This document shows positions 22,837-35,639 of a DNA stretch of 64,000 nt, piece after piece. Source of the stretch: Anthoceros angustus (taxonomy: Eukaryota; Plantae; Anthocerotophyta). Under the pieces are notes generated by a model that worked only from the letters and a program-made list of their open reading frames with translations, searched no databases and had not been told where the DNA came from. Position 1 is the first letter of the stretch; every line of letters starts with the position of its first letter. Position numbers and translations under genes: made by a program. The stretch is from contig VJWM01000309.1 in assembly GCA_010909165.1 (NCBI GenBank), positions 31,532 to 95,531 on the forward strand, written 5' to 3'.

Positions 22837-24996
22837 CTACCATGGGTCAGGAGGCACGTTCTTAGGCTGTGACGGGTTGGGTTGAGATCGCCAGCTTTGC
22901 TCAAGGAGAATCAGGCGCAGGCGCTCCAGAAGACGGTCGACTGCCACGTGCTCTTGTTCGGCAAGCGAGTTGAGGGATGCCGGAGTTCGTCTGAAGTCCT
23001 GGAGAATGCACATCGTCCGTACATGTGAGGGACGCAGGTTATGGAACTGTTAATATCAGGTTCATGATGTGGGAAAGGGCAACACACCTCAGACATGGAA
23101 TATGCCGAGAGATAAGAGTAGGCGTCCTGGTAGAGTCCACAGTGGAAGAGGAGCATCCCGTAGTCCCTCTTCTCAATCTCATCGGCACCCAGGAGGACAA
23201 GCCTTTCTGAAGCTGACGGAACAAACACAGAAAGATTATGTATGATAGGACCAACTAGGTCTTGTGGTTCATGTATCACAGACCGTTAGCCATGTGCACT
23301 GTACATACACATTGAAGGGCATACCTGCCAGAGCCCGGCGGATGTCTCCAAAACTTGAACTGGTCCATATCCCACGCTGCAATCGAAGCTGTGCAGCCCT
23401 TGCAAGAGCAGCATCTGCACCTCTGTTTCGTATCACATAACGGACAATGGTTGGAAGCGATCTGGAGCAATCGAGCAATTGATTGAACCTAGGGCACAAG
23501 AACATACTTGCTGCTTGATGGAGCTGCGAACAGGCTTTCATAGGGGGTCATGGAATCCGACCGGGTGCCTCTGCTGGCTGCATTGGCGGCCTCCAGAAAC
23601 TCAGAACCATGACTGGAGCTCGCGGAAGACTTCCAAGGCCAGAAAAGCTGCTTTAGGCTCCTGAGCACCTGACAGCTCTTCCTAAGTCAGCCATGACGAT
23701 CTGGGCAGCTAGGGTAGGACTGCTCAACTCAAATGCAGCATGACAGTGAAAGTTGTGGCCCAAGTACCTCAACAAGAAGAAGCTGTGGCGTTAAGACAAC
23801 CGGTTGGAGGGCTTCTCCTGAGGGTTCTCGAACCTCAGTCTTTATGTCAGGGTGGTTTGAAGTAGCATGGGCATGAGGGAAACCGAGAGGGTCAATTGGG
23901 AGCTCAACCTCCGCCAAAAAATCTGTCGCTCCAGAAATGTACAACCTTTTTACAAGTTCGCTGTAAATCAATGCTAGCATCAGTGGTGTTCCCATTCTCC
24001 GAGTCAGCACCTGCGAAAATGTACTGGTCAAATAAAGCTAGTGATGGAGATGACTTCACTGGTCAGAATCACTTTCAAGAGCTGTTTTTCTGCTTGAAGC
24101 TTTGCCCATGTGCAAGCACAGACATGTCTCAATCGAGCAAGTTCCTTACAGAGTTGAGGTAAGAGTCCCTTGCATCCGCAACGTAACCTGATGTGGCTCT
24201 CCTAAACCCCTGATTAAATCAGGCAAACACAAGCTTACTAGTAAGCAAGCTGTATCCATCTTCTATGGTCAACATAATGTGAGAAAGAAATGTCAAGTGC
24301 CTGGCGTCCTCACCTTGTACACAAACAAGAAATTGTCTAAAGCATCGAAGACTGCTGCGTCAGTAGCTCTTGCCGGCAAATAGTGCCCAGCGAATTCATT
24401 TGCCATTCCATCTATTCTCTCCATATATGAGTCCACAGGAAGTGGAACAGACGAGTGAGATACCAAAGCATCATCTTCTGCCGCTATGTCCAAGGCAGCC
24501 CTGGCAAGATCCAACGAACTGGTAATAACCCTGCCAACCTCAGCATTTTGCAGCTTCTCGATTTCTCTTGAAAAGTCTGCACGAGCAGCCTAGAGGGTTC
24601 AATACAAAATTAGAGCATGCCAGACCCTTGTGCTGAACGAAACTGTGCAATGCGACGGGAGAGGAGAGGAGCGTGTGAGAAAGAAAAGGCTTAAAACTGG
24701 GAATGCACACCAAAGACAGAAATGGGCGACGACGGATGTGGAAATACCCGAGCATGAAATGTGTCGAGACCTGCTTCATCCATAAAGTCATGAAGACAAA
24801 ACCTCAGCGGAGTGATGTCTTCACTGCTTTCCGCTTGAGAGGCTAAGCACCTGGAGGAAGTTCGAACAGGAGGTGAAAGCCAGGGCTCCCTGTTTGTGCT
24901 CAATCCTTGCTGTGTTGTCACAAGCCAAGACCCTGATCCGGAGGGCCTGTGATGGATAGAAACGGCACAGTGCCATCCCTGAAACATGGTGATCAT
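22837..24996 (-). CDS. Transglutaminase-like (Transglut_core2/SirB1-type) plant protein, multi-exon
   Basis: DLARAALDIAAEDDALVSHSSVPLPVD, VLTRRMGTPLMLALIY, QLRLQRGIWTSSSFGDIRRAL, ERLVLL..EKRDYG.LLFHCGLY, LLERLRLILLE..PDPW*; resembles the Arabidopsis At4g19160 family (from memory). Confidence 0.8.
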
Positions 24997-25701
24997 CTTA
25001 TGAACAAAGGAAGGAATCTGCCGTTGCACAAGGGAAAAGCAACCCGGCAGCCCTCAGCAAGACAGATTTCAGTGCCTTGCAAATTCTAAATTTCCCATCT
25101 ACTAGCGCCAATCGCTCCTCCAATCTGGGTCAACAAGCAGGATTCGGGTCACTCGGAGCATGTACAGGAGGTGAGCTCATGAATTCATTGAATCAGCGAA
25201 TTCACCGAGCTGTCTCAGCAACAGTGCGAGACAACAGCGACTCTACGACGAAGTAAGCACAGCAGACTGCCGCTCTTGGGGCCGCATTTCTGCAAGGCGG
25301 GGTCCAGACTGACTCAAGAGCAACTTGGCAGCATGGCAGAAGCAAGCGGCGAAACCGTTTCGCCGGAAGGATGCACGCCATCGGACACAAGGATCGAGTC
25401 TTAGTGGTGACCGGGTTTTGCCAGGCGGAATCTGTATCTAGAATCCAGACGAAGCAGAAGTAGGAAGAACTGCCCAGGACCGATCAACTATCTACGTCTA
25501 CACCTGTTGCTCGCAAAAAAGAGCTCTCCAGGTGTCGTACTAGCCAGCTCTCTTTTCACAATGGCGACAGCTACATGCTGCGTGGTCTGGGGGAGCAGGA
25601 GCAAACTGCCACTTGGGCTTAGAAGTACTTCTGGAGCTAAAAAGAAGCCCTAGGCAAGAGAGCAAGACTCGGCAAGACGTGATTGAACGAGTTCATTTGA
25701 G

Positions 25702-27275
25702 TCACACTATTTTGGTGGCTGCCTTGGAAGTATTCAGCACGTTCTTGACGTTTTCCTTCAGCTTTCCATACACCAAGTTGTTGATCCAGGGAATGTCCTT
25801 GTACTGGAACGCGGAGGACGAAGGAGCAGAAGAGGGGACCTTGCTTCTGCTTTTGTGTAACCACTCTCCTGCTTTCAAGTACCATTTGCTATCTGCAAAC
25901 ACGAGCGAACAAGACGGATCAATTCTCTAGCCATCAAAGAAGTAATTAAACCTGTGGCAGCATACTTTGGAGCATAACAGCTGGATGCCAATTCAATGCA
26001 TGTTCTGGCTTACCTTGGTTCCCATCTGCCGGCTTCGTTAAGGCATAACCATTTCGAGAAGCTAGCTGAATCTTTCTTGCCCTCTCCATAGCTTCCTTCT
26101 CTGCTTTCTCCCGAATGCGGTTCCTCTCCTTCCTCGGCGACCTGGTACTTCTGGGGCTGCTGATCAGAGGGGCGGGCCTGAGAGGGCTGCCCAACTCCAA
26201 ATCCATGCCGCGACGGTAGCCACCACCAGTAGTGGGTGATGCTGGTCTGGAGGTGCTGTATACAGGAGTGATGGACTTGATGCTCCCAGGACTAGTAGGA
26301 ATTGAAGTGCCATAACCTCGAGGACTGGGAGCATTGAGCGTTCGTGGGGAAGAGAGAAAACTCCTCCTCACATCATCCACCTTGGTAACAGATGCAGCCG
26401 GAGTCGCCCTGCCCATGGACGGGGACCTTGAAGGAGTGCGAGGGCTTCTGGGTAGCTGAGGATGTTGGGCAAACCCGGGAGTGGCCTTGGCTTGAGCACT
26501 TCTCCAGGAACTAGGAGTCCTTCCAGTGGACCACTGCTGCCTTGGTGCCCTGGATGACGACGGCGTCCGAGCCATCCTCGGTGTATTCCCTGACCTGTCA
26601 CGTACTACCACCAGAGACCGATCACTTCCGGCATCTGCAGCGAACTTGGAAGCTGAAGGGCTCCCCAGAAGTGCACCCACATCAATATCCGCCTCTATCC
26701 AGGCAGGAAGCTTCAATGGATCATGCAACATATCTGCAAGCTCTACGCTGGGCCTGTGGAACCCAATCTTGCACCTGGTTCCAGGAAACTTGCCCAGATA
26801 CAGCTGCACCCTGATGGGTAACCGGGGACGAGGCTTCATATCTCGTGTCGAGAGCACTGGAGCACATCTTGCCAATACGAAGCCATTCAGTCCCACGATG
26901 GGCATAACACCGACACTGCAAATCCACAAACCCATGTCAGACACAACACAATGCACTCGATCACTCTCCGTCACCTGCCAACGACCCGAAACAGCAATCC
27001 TGGAAGAAACAAGACACGTACCCCTCACAAAACCAGCAAGCCTCCTCGCTCGAAGCTACCTTCTTCCAGCCAAACAAGGGAGCTTTGGGCACGTTGAGCC
27101 CCGAGCCCTTGCACCTAGGACACCGGGTTCTATCCCCATCCACATTTCCCCACAACCCAGTCACCTGCTTCACCCACGTCTGAATCTTCTCAAAATGCCC
27201 CGCCGTCTGCTGCTCCATCTGGCGCGTAATCAGGGACCAAGAGAAGGGAACCCGCACCACCTGCGACATGGCCAT
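25702..27275 (-). CDS. Hypothetical protein with CxxCxG motifs and a long Ser/Pro/Arg-rich region
   Basis: Consecutive minus-strand ORFs 27293-26961 (CPRCKGSG, CWFCEG), 27028-25946 and 25902-25702 with plausible introns; exon borders not resolved. Confidence 0.5.
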
Positions 27276-28337
27276 ACCCTCTCCACCCACCATCTCCTAC
27301 AGCCTTAATACCTCACCTCCACGCGCATTGCCAGTCTCCAAGAAACTTCTCCTTCTCCTTCTCCTTCACCCCAGCTCCCATCTCTCCTATCCTCCGTCCT
27401 TCCATCCAGCTGCACCTCCACCGATGCTCTCCCAAGAACCACACACAGCCCTACTTACTCCACAACGGTGCTAACAACACACACAATTCTGAAGCCTTTA
27501 CAAGACACTCCACGCCAATGCAACGCAACACTCAATTCCGAGCTCGGCAAAAACCCAGCAAGAAAAAATCACTAAGTCACTGACTGCCTGGCTGGTGATC
27601 TACCTAATGCCTAGCCCAGGCTTGTCTTCTTCTTCTTCTCGTTAGAGGGCACACGGATCTGGAGTGACCGCCTCCAAAGGCGGGATCCGCCGAGCCAATT
27701 TTGAACGAGAGGCCGGTATTCTAGGGCATCCTGGCGTTACGGCCCCGCCACGCGTGCCCCCCTGGCCACATGCTGTTCCTTGAATGCCTCGGGCTTTTGG
27801 TTGCGTTCACATGCCTCTCATGTCCAGACACGAGCTTCGGCTAACACAGCCTGATCTTGTTTTGCAGGAACCTAAACTTGATTATGGGTCAGCAAATGCC
27901 AAATTAATGGTTCTCACTTTCTCAAAGAGCCAGAACAAAATGAAGACTGTTTGGCAGGAGTCTCCTCTGAGCTCCTGTTACAGACTTACAGTACCGGGAT
28001 CTGAGTGGTATTACAGTTCAGGGATTCTGGCACCCAGAACACATAGTGACATCCATATATGGAATTCCAAGGAACAGTCCAATTTGGATTATGGATATGA
28101 AAAGCCTGAGGTGGCAAGTCAAGGTCTCTGGAACTCTGACATGGCAACCGTATATTGGGCACGAGCTGTGACTCCAGCGCAAGCTGATGAACAAAAACCC
28201 GCACTCAATCAGCCGGAAGAAGGATGTCCAAATGGAAATCAGCATCCTGCAGCCTGGAAATAGAGCTGTTGGAAGACCCCGTCACAACTGGATGACCTTC
28301 CTCCATCATATGTGAAGCAAGCGTATATCGGGAGGCT

Positions 28338-30110
28338 TCAGTTGGGAATTCTGTCCTTCAGGTACTGCAAAAGAGCTTTGGTTCCACGCTCCAGGAGAGG
28401 GCGGCGGATGGTACGGAGGGGGTTCCCTTCAACCTTCAAGCTGCGGAGGGATGACTCCAGCAAACCCAGCTTCGGAGGCAGGACAGAGATGTTGTTGTCT
28501 GCCAGGTTCAGCTCCTCCAGCTGGGTCAACTCAGCGAGACCTTCGATGACGACTGAGATGGAGTTTTGGCTTAAGTCCAGGACTCGCAGGTTAGTCAAGA
28601 GGTGCACATCAGCTGGTATATCCTGTAGCTGCATTCGCTGGAGTCTGAGTTCCTTGAGGTCAGGCATCTGTGAGAGAGATGGGGGAGGTGGGAGAGGAGC
28701 CTTGATGCCACTCAGATCCAGTATGTGCAGCTTGGAGACGTCTGCAAACGCACCCTGAGGAAACTGAAGCAGTGGATTGCGTGCCAGCACCAAATGACGA
28801 AGGTTAGGCAATGACGACAAAACAGAACCTGGCCACTCTTGGATCCTGTTGTCAGCCAAGAGAAGAGTTGTGAGAGTGGAGCAGCTTTGGACCTCGGCAG
28901 GGAGCTGCTGGATGTTGTTCTTGCACAGATCCACTGTAGTGACTACATCCCCTGTCCAAACTTCGGCAGGAACAGCATCTAGCTTCAACCCTGAGAGTGA
29001 CAAGACCTTGGATGAGACCGCCTGCCTGGCCGCCATGACCACTACCTCCTGTACATCTGCCCCAAAAACATTGCCAGAAGCAGCAGCTGGAGTGCTGGCC
29101 TCCTCTGGCACCGGCAACCTGCTTCTCAGGAACTTGAGCAACGAAGGTGTTGATCCAGAGACCATAGAGCTTCGAAGAGACCGTAATGGATTCCCTATAA
29201 GCACCAGCTTCCGTAAGGTTGTCATGTTCCCAAGTTCTGCTGGCAAACCTGCCAAGTTGTTGTTGGACAAGTCCAGAACTGACAGACGCAGGGAGCAAGC
29301 CTCCACGGGAAACACTGTGAGCTGGTTGCCATGCAAGTCAAGTGTGGCCAAAGCTTTCAGACATCCTATCTCCGGCGGGAGAGACGAAACACGATTCAGG
29401 CCAAGGGACAGTTCAGCAAGAGAAGCACAACCAGAAATTGCAGGAGACAGAACTGAGATGCGGTTCTGATGAAGATCCAGCCGGATCAAACGGACGAGTA
29501 CTTCCAGCCCTGAAGGCATCTCCGTCAAACAATTCTTTGCAGCATTGAGCTCTGTGAGAATAGGGAAGCACCCAACATCCAGCAGCTTCACAAGCTTATT
29601 CCCCTCAGTCTCCAGCACTGCCAAGCGAGAGCAGCGCGCTAGTTCCTCTGGCAAGGTGATGAGTCGGTTATTCGATATCCTAAGATCAACCAGAGCCCCG
29701 CAGTTGCCGATGGTAGCAGGAAGGTTCTCTAACAGGTTGTTGGAACACTGCAACTTGACAAGTGCCGACAGACACCCTATCTCGTCAGGAAGCTGAACCA
29801 GGAGATTACCAGACACATCAATTGACTTCAGCAGAATCAGACTGCCAATTGAAGAAGGCAGGCTTGCCAGCTTATTGTAGCTGAGATTCAGAAGGGTCAA
29901 GGATGTCAGGGATCCAATCTCGTCCGACAGAACCTTTATACTGTTGTGCGCAAGAATCAGTTTCTGCAACTCCACCATCTCCCACCACTTCTCATCTGAG
30001 CCAGGTGCAGTCTCGATCGGGATGTACAGTTGAGGAGGCACCTCTGTCAAAGCCCTGTTGGACAGATTGAGAGAGCCTGACGCTCGTGCTGCCTTCAGCA
30101 GCTTCTCCAT
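28338..30110 (-). CDS. Intracellular leucine-rich repeat protein (LRRC40-like), single exon, 590 aa
   Basis: MEKLLKAARASGSLNLSNR, WWE..LQKLILAHN, many LxxLxLxxN repeats, caps GNPLRSLR and GNPLRTIRR..GTKALLQYLKDRI. Confidence 0.93.
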   Translation of the reverse strand: MEKLLKAARASGSLNLSNRALTEVPPQLYIPIETAPGSDEKWWEMVELQKLILAHNSIKVLSDEIGSLTSLTLLNLSYNKLASLPSSIGSLILLKSIDVSGNLLVQLPDEIGCLSALVKLQCSNNLLENLPATIGNCGALVDLRISNNRLITLPEELARCSRLAVLETEGNKLVKLLDVGCFPILTELNAAKNCLTEMPSGLEVLVRLIRLDLHQNRISVLSPAISGCASLAELSLGLNRVSSLPPEIGCLKALATLDLHGNQLTVFPVEACSLRLSVLDLSNNNLAGLPAELGNMTTLRKLVLIGNPLRSLRSSMVSGSTPSLLKFLRSRLPVPEEASTPAAASGNVFGADVQEVVVMAARQAVSSKVLSLSGLKLDAVPAEVWTGDVVTTVDLCKNNIQQLPAEVQSCSTLTTLLLADNRIQEWPGSVLSSLPNLRHLVLARNPLLQFPQGAFADVSKLHILDLSGIKAPLPPPPSLSQMPDLKELRLQRMQLQDIPADVHLLTNLRVLDLSQNSISVVIEGLAELTQLEELNLADNNISVLPPKLGLLESSLRSLKVEGNPLRTIRRPLLERGTKALLQYLKDRIPN

Positions 30111-31516
30111 TGTGGGAAGCTACTCAGAACCAGCTAGCTATTCCATGCCACAATCCTCTGAGAATGAGCAAATTTCGAATGAAAAGAAGCAGCACCGTCG
30201 TCCATTAAACAGCACGCAGTGAGGAATGTTGTAAAGCCATCTCGTATCCATATATGTGAGAAGAGCAATGTCCTGCATACATCTGACTGCGAGCAGAAAC
30301 AATGGCCCCGTCAGGAATGTGAAATGAATGAATGCTCCACATCACGGTTCCCCGATCTCCTCCAGATTCTATTGTGAATGTTAGATCATATCTCAGAACA
30401 AACGAGACCAGCTTCTAGAAACTGTCATGGAGCAGAAAGCCAGTGGACAGAAAAGCGTAGCAGACCTTGGAGGATCACAACAGCTTCTCTGTTCCTGGAG
30501 AGAAAGCAGCCCTCGATCTGACGAGAGCGATGGGAGCTCCAACCACCTCCACAAGCTCCTCCTCCTCTCTGAAGCAGTTGGTCGAGACTGAGGGCTCACA
30601 CGTGGGCCAGGATAACAGGACGCGAATGGCTCCGGTGAACACGGGAGCAAATGGTGGTGAGTTTTTTAGGTCAGGCAGCGGCTGTCGAGCGATTCTCCCA
30701 CTGACACGCTACAGGTGGGGATCGAGAGAGACAGATTGTGCTGCGGACCCTGAGCAAAGTACAGATAATATTTTGTGTGTGTCAATGATGTAAATTTGGT
30801 GTACACATGTCTGCTACACTATCCACAAAAGACTTCCAGCAGCAGTTGTGGTCCCGAAGACTGGCACAGATGTGCCCGTCTGTTCAGCTTGCTGTTTCTG
30901 CAGTTGAGAGTTGCGCTGATGAAGGCTGGTGCGTTTGCTGTGCAGTCTTCAAGCCCGCTAGGGAGAAGTTCAATGCAAGGGGGCTATGTGGGGGCCCTGC
31001 ATACTGCATCTCTTGCAAGGGCATGGAGGATTGGAGGGATTGACACCTTCCAGAGCACACGCATTGGGCGAGGGCGGAGCAGGAAAAGGGCTGATTGCGG
31101 AGCAAGTCTACAGGGCCTGAATTACCAGTTTTTCTGCTGCCTTTCCTCGAGCAGAGGTGCAACAATTCTGCTGCCGCTTGCAAACAGTTCTTTGTGCTGC
31201 AAAATCCATAGGCAGATTGGTTTGGAGGACGAGGGATTTTGCAAGCATGTTTCTGCTGGTGGTGGGAAGACGAAGAGAGTTGTGTTGGGGTTGATGGTCC
31301 ATCCACTGGCATGGACCGGGAGGTGTCCTGCACCTGTGCCATGTCGTCCTGACATTGCGTGTAGTTGCGCTTCACAGTCCATGATGCAGTCCTCCCCCCC
31401 GGAATCAACTGGTGACGAGGTCTTTATTGGGGGCATTTTTCTGTGGTGGAATCGAGTCTTGTGCCTTGTGAGAGAGAGTTATGATGATGTCTGATGACAG
31501 TTTTAGTGGGGTGCAG

Positions 31517-33494
31517 ATGGAGGCAGCATCTAGCAGAGGTTACTCTGTTGAGGAGGCAATTGAGGCTGTTGGGTTTGGCCGTTACCAGAAGTACTTGCTG
31601 GCTTATGCTGGGATGGCATGGGCAGCTGAAGCAATGGAGATGATGCTGTTGTCTTTTGCTGGACCAGCTGTTCAGCAGATGTGGAATTTGTCAACTCGGG
31701 AGGAGAGTATTATCTCGAGTGTCGTTTTTGCTGGCATGATTATCGGAGCTTACTCTTGGGGCATATTATCGGACCTGAAAGGCAGGAGGTGTTCCTTTTT
31801 CCGTTTGGTTTCTTTCCCATTGCTGTGTATGGTTGACACCATGGTCTCAAATGTACTGGGGTTTGTCTAATCTGATGTCTCACTTATCTGCAGGTTCGGG
31901 TTTTTTGCAACAGCTGTTCTTACCTTCATTGCAGGCATCCTCAGCGCATTTTCCCCAAATTATTACGTGTTGCTACTTCTGAGGGGTGTGGTCGGCGTTG
32001 GGCTGGGAGGGGGCCCCGTTTTATCTTCTTGGTTTATGGAGTTCGTTCCTTCTCCAAAACGAGGGTTCTGGATGGTGGTGATCTTTTTCTTTTGGACATT
32101 AGGGTCAGTTGCAGAGGCCTCTCTCGCTTGGGTAAGTATGACAGACACCTGCTGACTTTCTCAAGTATTGGCTGGTTGACATCTTTGCAGCTGTTGCATC
32201 TCTGATCCATATGGTGTTCGTATGAATGAGGCTCAATTGAGGATTTTTGCCAACTGTGTGCTTTTGGGGTGTGCAGTGTGTGATGCCTACCTTAGGATGG
32301 CGATGGCTGCTGGGACTATCTGCTGCACCACTGGGCGTCCTTCTTTTCTTTTATTCACGAGTACCAGAGTCTCCACGATATCTAGCGGCAAAAGGTGACA
32401 TAGAGGGAGCTGAAAGAGTTTTCCAGTCTATGAGTCGAGTAAACGGCAAGTCACTTCCACCAGGGAAACTATTACGACACTTGGCATCAGGCAAAGAAGT
32501 TGAGATTGTGCAACTAAGCAGTAGCACGAAATGGGATGGTGGAAGAGAAGGTGCTGATGGAATAGAAGATGTGCATCTTCTTCCAAATCTATCTGAAACT
32601 AAATCAAAAAAACTAAGAGAGGTGGTCCCTCTAATGTCAACTCTGCTGTCACCAACGCTCGTTCGTTCGACACTCATTCTGTGGTTGGTCTTTTTTGCCA
32701 ATGCCTTCACATACTATGGCATGGTGCTCCTCACAGCCCAGTTGAGTGGCGGGGGAAGGGGGTGTGGTTTGGACTTGACTGTACTGCCAGTAGCCAATGA
32801 CGGAAGCAACCATCTTTACAGAGACGTGTTTGTGACAAGTCTAGCAGGTATGTGCGTCTCTCCTCCTTGATTCTCATGGATATCCTATTGAAAGTCGGGT
32901 CTTCGACAAGGGAATGCTCCCTGAACGTGCACCACATCCACAGTGGGGCTGGAAAATGACATCTGGCTTGGATGCTTGTGCAGAACTTCCTGGTCTTGCA
33001 GTGGCAGCAGGCATCGTGGACCTACTGGGCAGGAAGCTGTCCATGGCTGGTCTGTTCGGTTGCAGTGGCCTTTTCCTCCTCCCACTCATCCATCCTCAGT
33101 CTGAGAATTTGACAACATTGTTCCTTTTTGGAGCCAGAGCAAGCATCACGGGAGCTTTCACAGTTCTGTACATTTACGCTCCAGAGGTTCGTGGACTTCC
33201 TTCTGATCCCGTGATAACTTTCTCCATTGCTCTTGCATGGCTTCTTGACCGCGTTCTTCATTGCAGGTCTATCCCACAAAATCGCGCTCAACCGGACTGG
33301 GTATCGCCAACTCATGTGCTCGTGTTGGAGGTTTGTTGTGCCCATTAGTTGCTATCGACCTTGTAAGGGGTTGTCAGCAATCGCTAGCAGTAGGCTTTTT
33401 TGCAGCAGTTTCACTGCTTGCCTCTCTTGCAGTTCTGTTGTTGCCTGTAGAAACCACAGGGAGAGCTCTCTCGGATATTTCCAGTGATCAATAG
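31517..33494 (+). CDS. OCT7: MFS transporter, organic cation/carnitine transporter 7 (NiaP/SVOP-like), 5 or more exons
   Basis: [101 protein letters not shown]; extra 5' exons possible. Confidence 0.9.
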
Positions 33495-34023
33495 GTTATA
33501 TCGGCAGTTTTGCTCGAGAGCCGATCTAGGTATTGACTGACATCTTGCAATGTTGATGTCTGCCCGGTCTTGTGCACAGTACTATGGAAATATATGGGAC
33601 TTTGACACTTTTTCTCCATACATGAAGTCTCATGTGCCTAGACGGACGTTTATCATCGGCCATCTGCCATACTGTGTTTTGGTTCTTTTTTCTTCTCCTT
33701 TGCTGTTCGGGCCCGAAACATCCAGATGCTTTCTTTGTCGGACATGCTTCAGGCAAAAGGTGAAGAGGTGAAATCTATTTTGTACTCCCTTATTTAACTG
33801 GCGCCTTTATCGCTCAGTGGTAGGCCGTATATCATGAAAGCTGGTGGTGCTGAGCACGCTCCTCCGTGAGGGCACACAGGCAACATAAAATTCGGGATTG
33901 AGAGTTCTTAACTCTAACGTGCTCGCTGCTTTACGTATCCACGTCGCCGGAACCCTGTGCTATGACCTGGGATGACTTTTTGGGTTAGGCCGTGGTGGCC
34001 CGTGGCTCATTCTAGTCGCATAG

Positions 34024-34341
34024 GTAATAACACCCCCTTTCCAGCGAGGTGCACCACAAGACACCACTAGGTCCCTCTCCACACTCTTGTAAGAAGAGGG
34101 TGGAGAGGGACCTAGAGTGTGTGTCTCTAGAGGAGAGTTGTGAGAAGATATCGAGGGGAGATAGCTATGTACTAGCTTAGGAGCTATGTACTAGCTTAGG
34201 AGCTATGTACTAGTTTAGGAGCTATGTACTAGCTTAGGAGCTATGTACTAGCTTAGGCAAAGATGGGGAGCTCTCTCCCTGCTGAATGGGAAGTCATCCG
34301 CGAAAGAATGGCGGGCTACTTGGAGGGCTAGTGGTGTTGCA
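34024..34341. repeat. Rearranged LTR fragment (same family as 12456-13058) containing a 20-bp tandem array
   Basis: 34110-34340 matches 12788-12990; 34026-34070 is an inverted copy of the LTR end; AGCTATGTACTAGCTTAGG x5 at about 34163-34257. Confidence 0.75.
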
Positions 34342-35639
34342 TCCCGGTTTATAGGGAGTTTTACATCATTCCTGTCATGCCGTGTGATACTAATCTCTGC
34401 ACTTGGGTTTAGTGTTTGATTAGCATTAATTAATCTAATTACTTATCTTTAAGTAAGTAATTTGTGTTAATTAATCTAAACTACTTATGTTAATCAAGCA
34501 TTGATTAGTATTAATTAAAAATGGTTAGCAACACCTAAGTGGATAAGCTCAAGTAATATGCTTTGGCATATTCCTTGCATATTATAGTGTATTCTTAGGA
34601 TACAATAGCTAAGGGGATAAGCTCAAGTAATATGCTTTAGCATATTCTTTTGCATATTATAGTGTATTCTTAGGATATTTCCGTATGTTGATGATAGGAT
34701 ATCTTAGGAATATCTTAGATGCCGGTTGGTATATATAGACCGCCAATGAGGACAGCTCGGTCGTGGCTTGTCGCCAGATATCGTCTGAGGTGTTGTGAGG
34801 AGGCCATTAGGTAAGGGCGTGTGTTGAGGAATTTGCGTGTTACCGTGGGAGGTGTGTTTGTGCCCTACGTCATACTCCTCTGTTGTTATTGGTTTGCACC
34901 TATATTTAGTATTAGATTTGTTTGCTTGGTTGTTTTGTAGATTATACACGAATTCAGTGCCTCGTGGGCCATTCCCAAGTAACCTCAGCGACTATCTTGT
35001 ATGCGCAAACTAAGCGTACCATTTTGGGATAACTTACTTAAAGCCAGTCAGGGTACGTGCCTTCGTGGGCAGCCCTTCTTAGGTTGTGCCTTATTTAATG
35101 AGTTGGAAAATTTTGATAATTTATTATATTAAAATATTAGACATATTTTAATTTTGATCAATAATTAATTGGAAATATTTTTAGATAAAATAACATATTA
35201 AAAATAGATAGAAAAAATACAATTATGGTTGATATTGTCTACATTGTGTACTGGTATTCTAGCATTTTAACATAGTGTATTTGCCTAATTTATAAAGTCC
35301 ATGACCTAATCGATTTGCTTAGATATTATGTCTCATAATGGCATCATATGTCACGCGGACCTCAATCAAATTAGTTTCTTCTTTCAAATTTAGTGCTCCT
35401 CCATGGATCCACTCTTCCAACAAATAATGGGACGTGGAGACTTTATTCGAAAAAGAAGATGGAAATCTCGTCAGAAAAAGGGGAACAACTGAGGCACCAT
35501 TACGAGGATTACGATCCTCATCTCGAAACTACCTCGCTCGAAGAATTTGGGTAGTCGAGGATCATGAAACTCACGTGCAGCCAGAAGCCACATCCTAGCA
35601 GCTAAATAAATCGTTAGTACAGTCAGATTGGTCAACACC

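Noticed and set aside
26526-27308. 260-aa plus-strand ORF, and similar shadow ORFs over the LRR and root-cap genes
   Set aside because: These are antisense to better supported genes and have no recognisable motifs.
30393-31494. ORFs upstream of the transporter, including the 239-aa ORF at 30775
   Set aside because: No recognisable domain; probably UTR, intron or unresolved 5' exons of the transporter.
34260-34341. 5S rRNA-like or Cassandra LTR sequence
   Set aside because: Only a few bases resemble 5S; the region is explained by the Gypsy LTR family at 12.5-13 kb.
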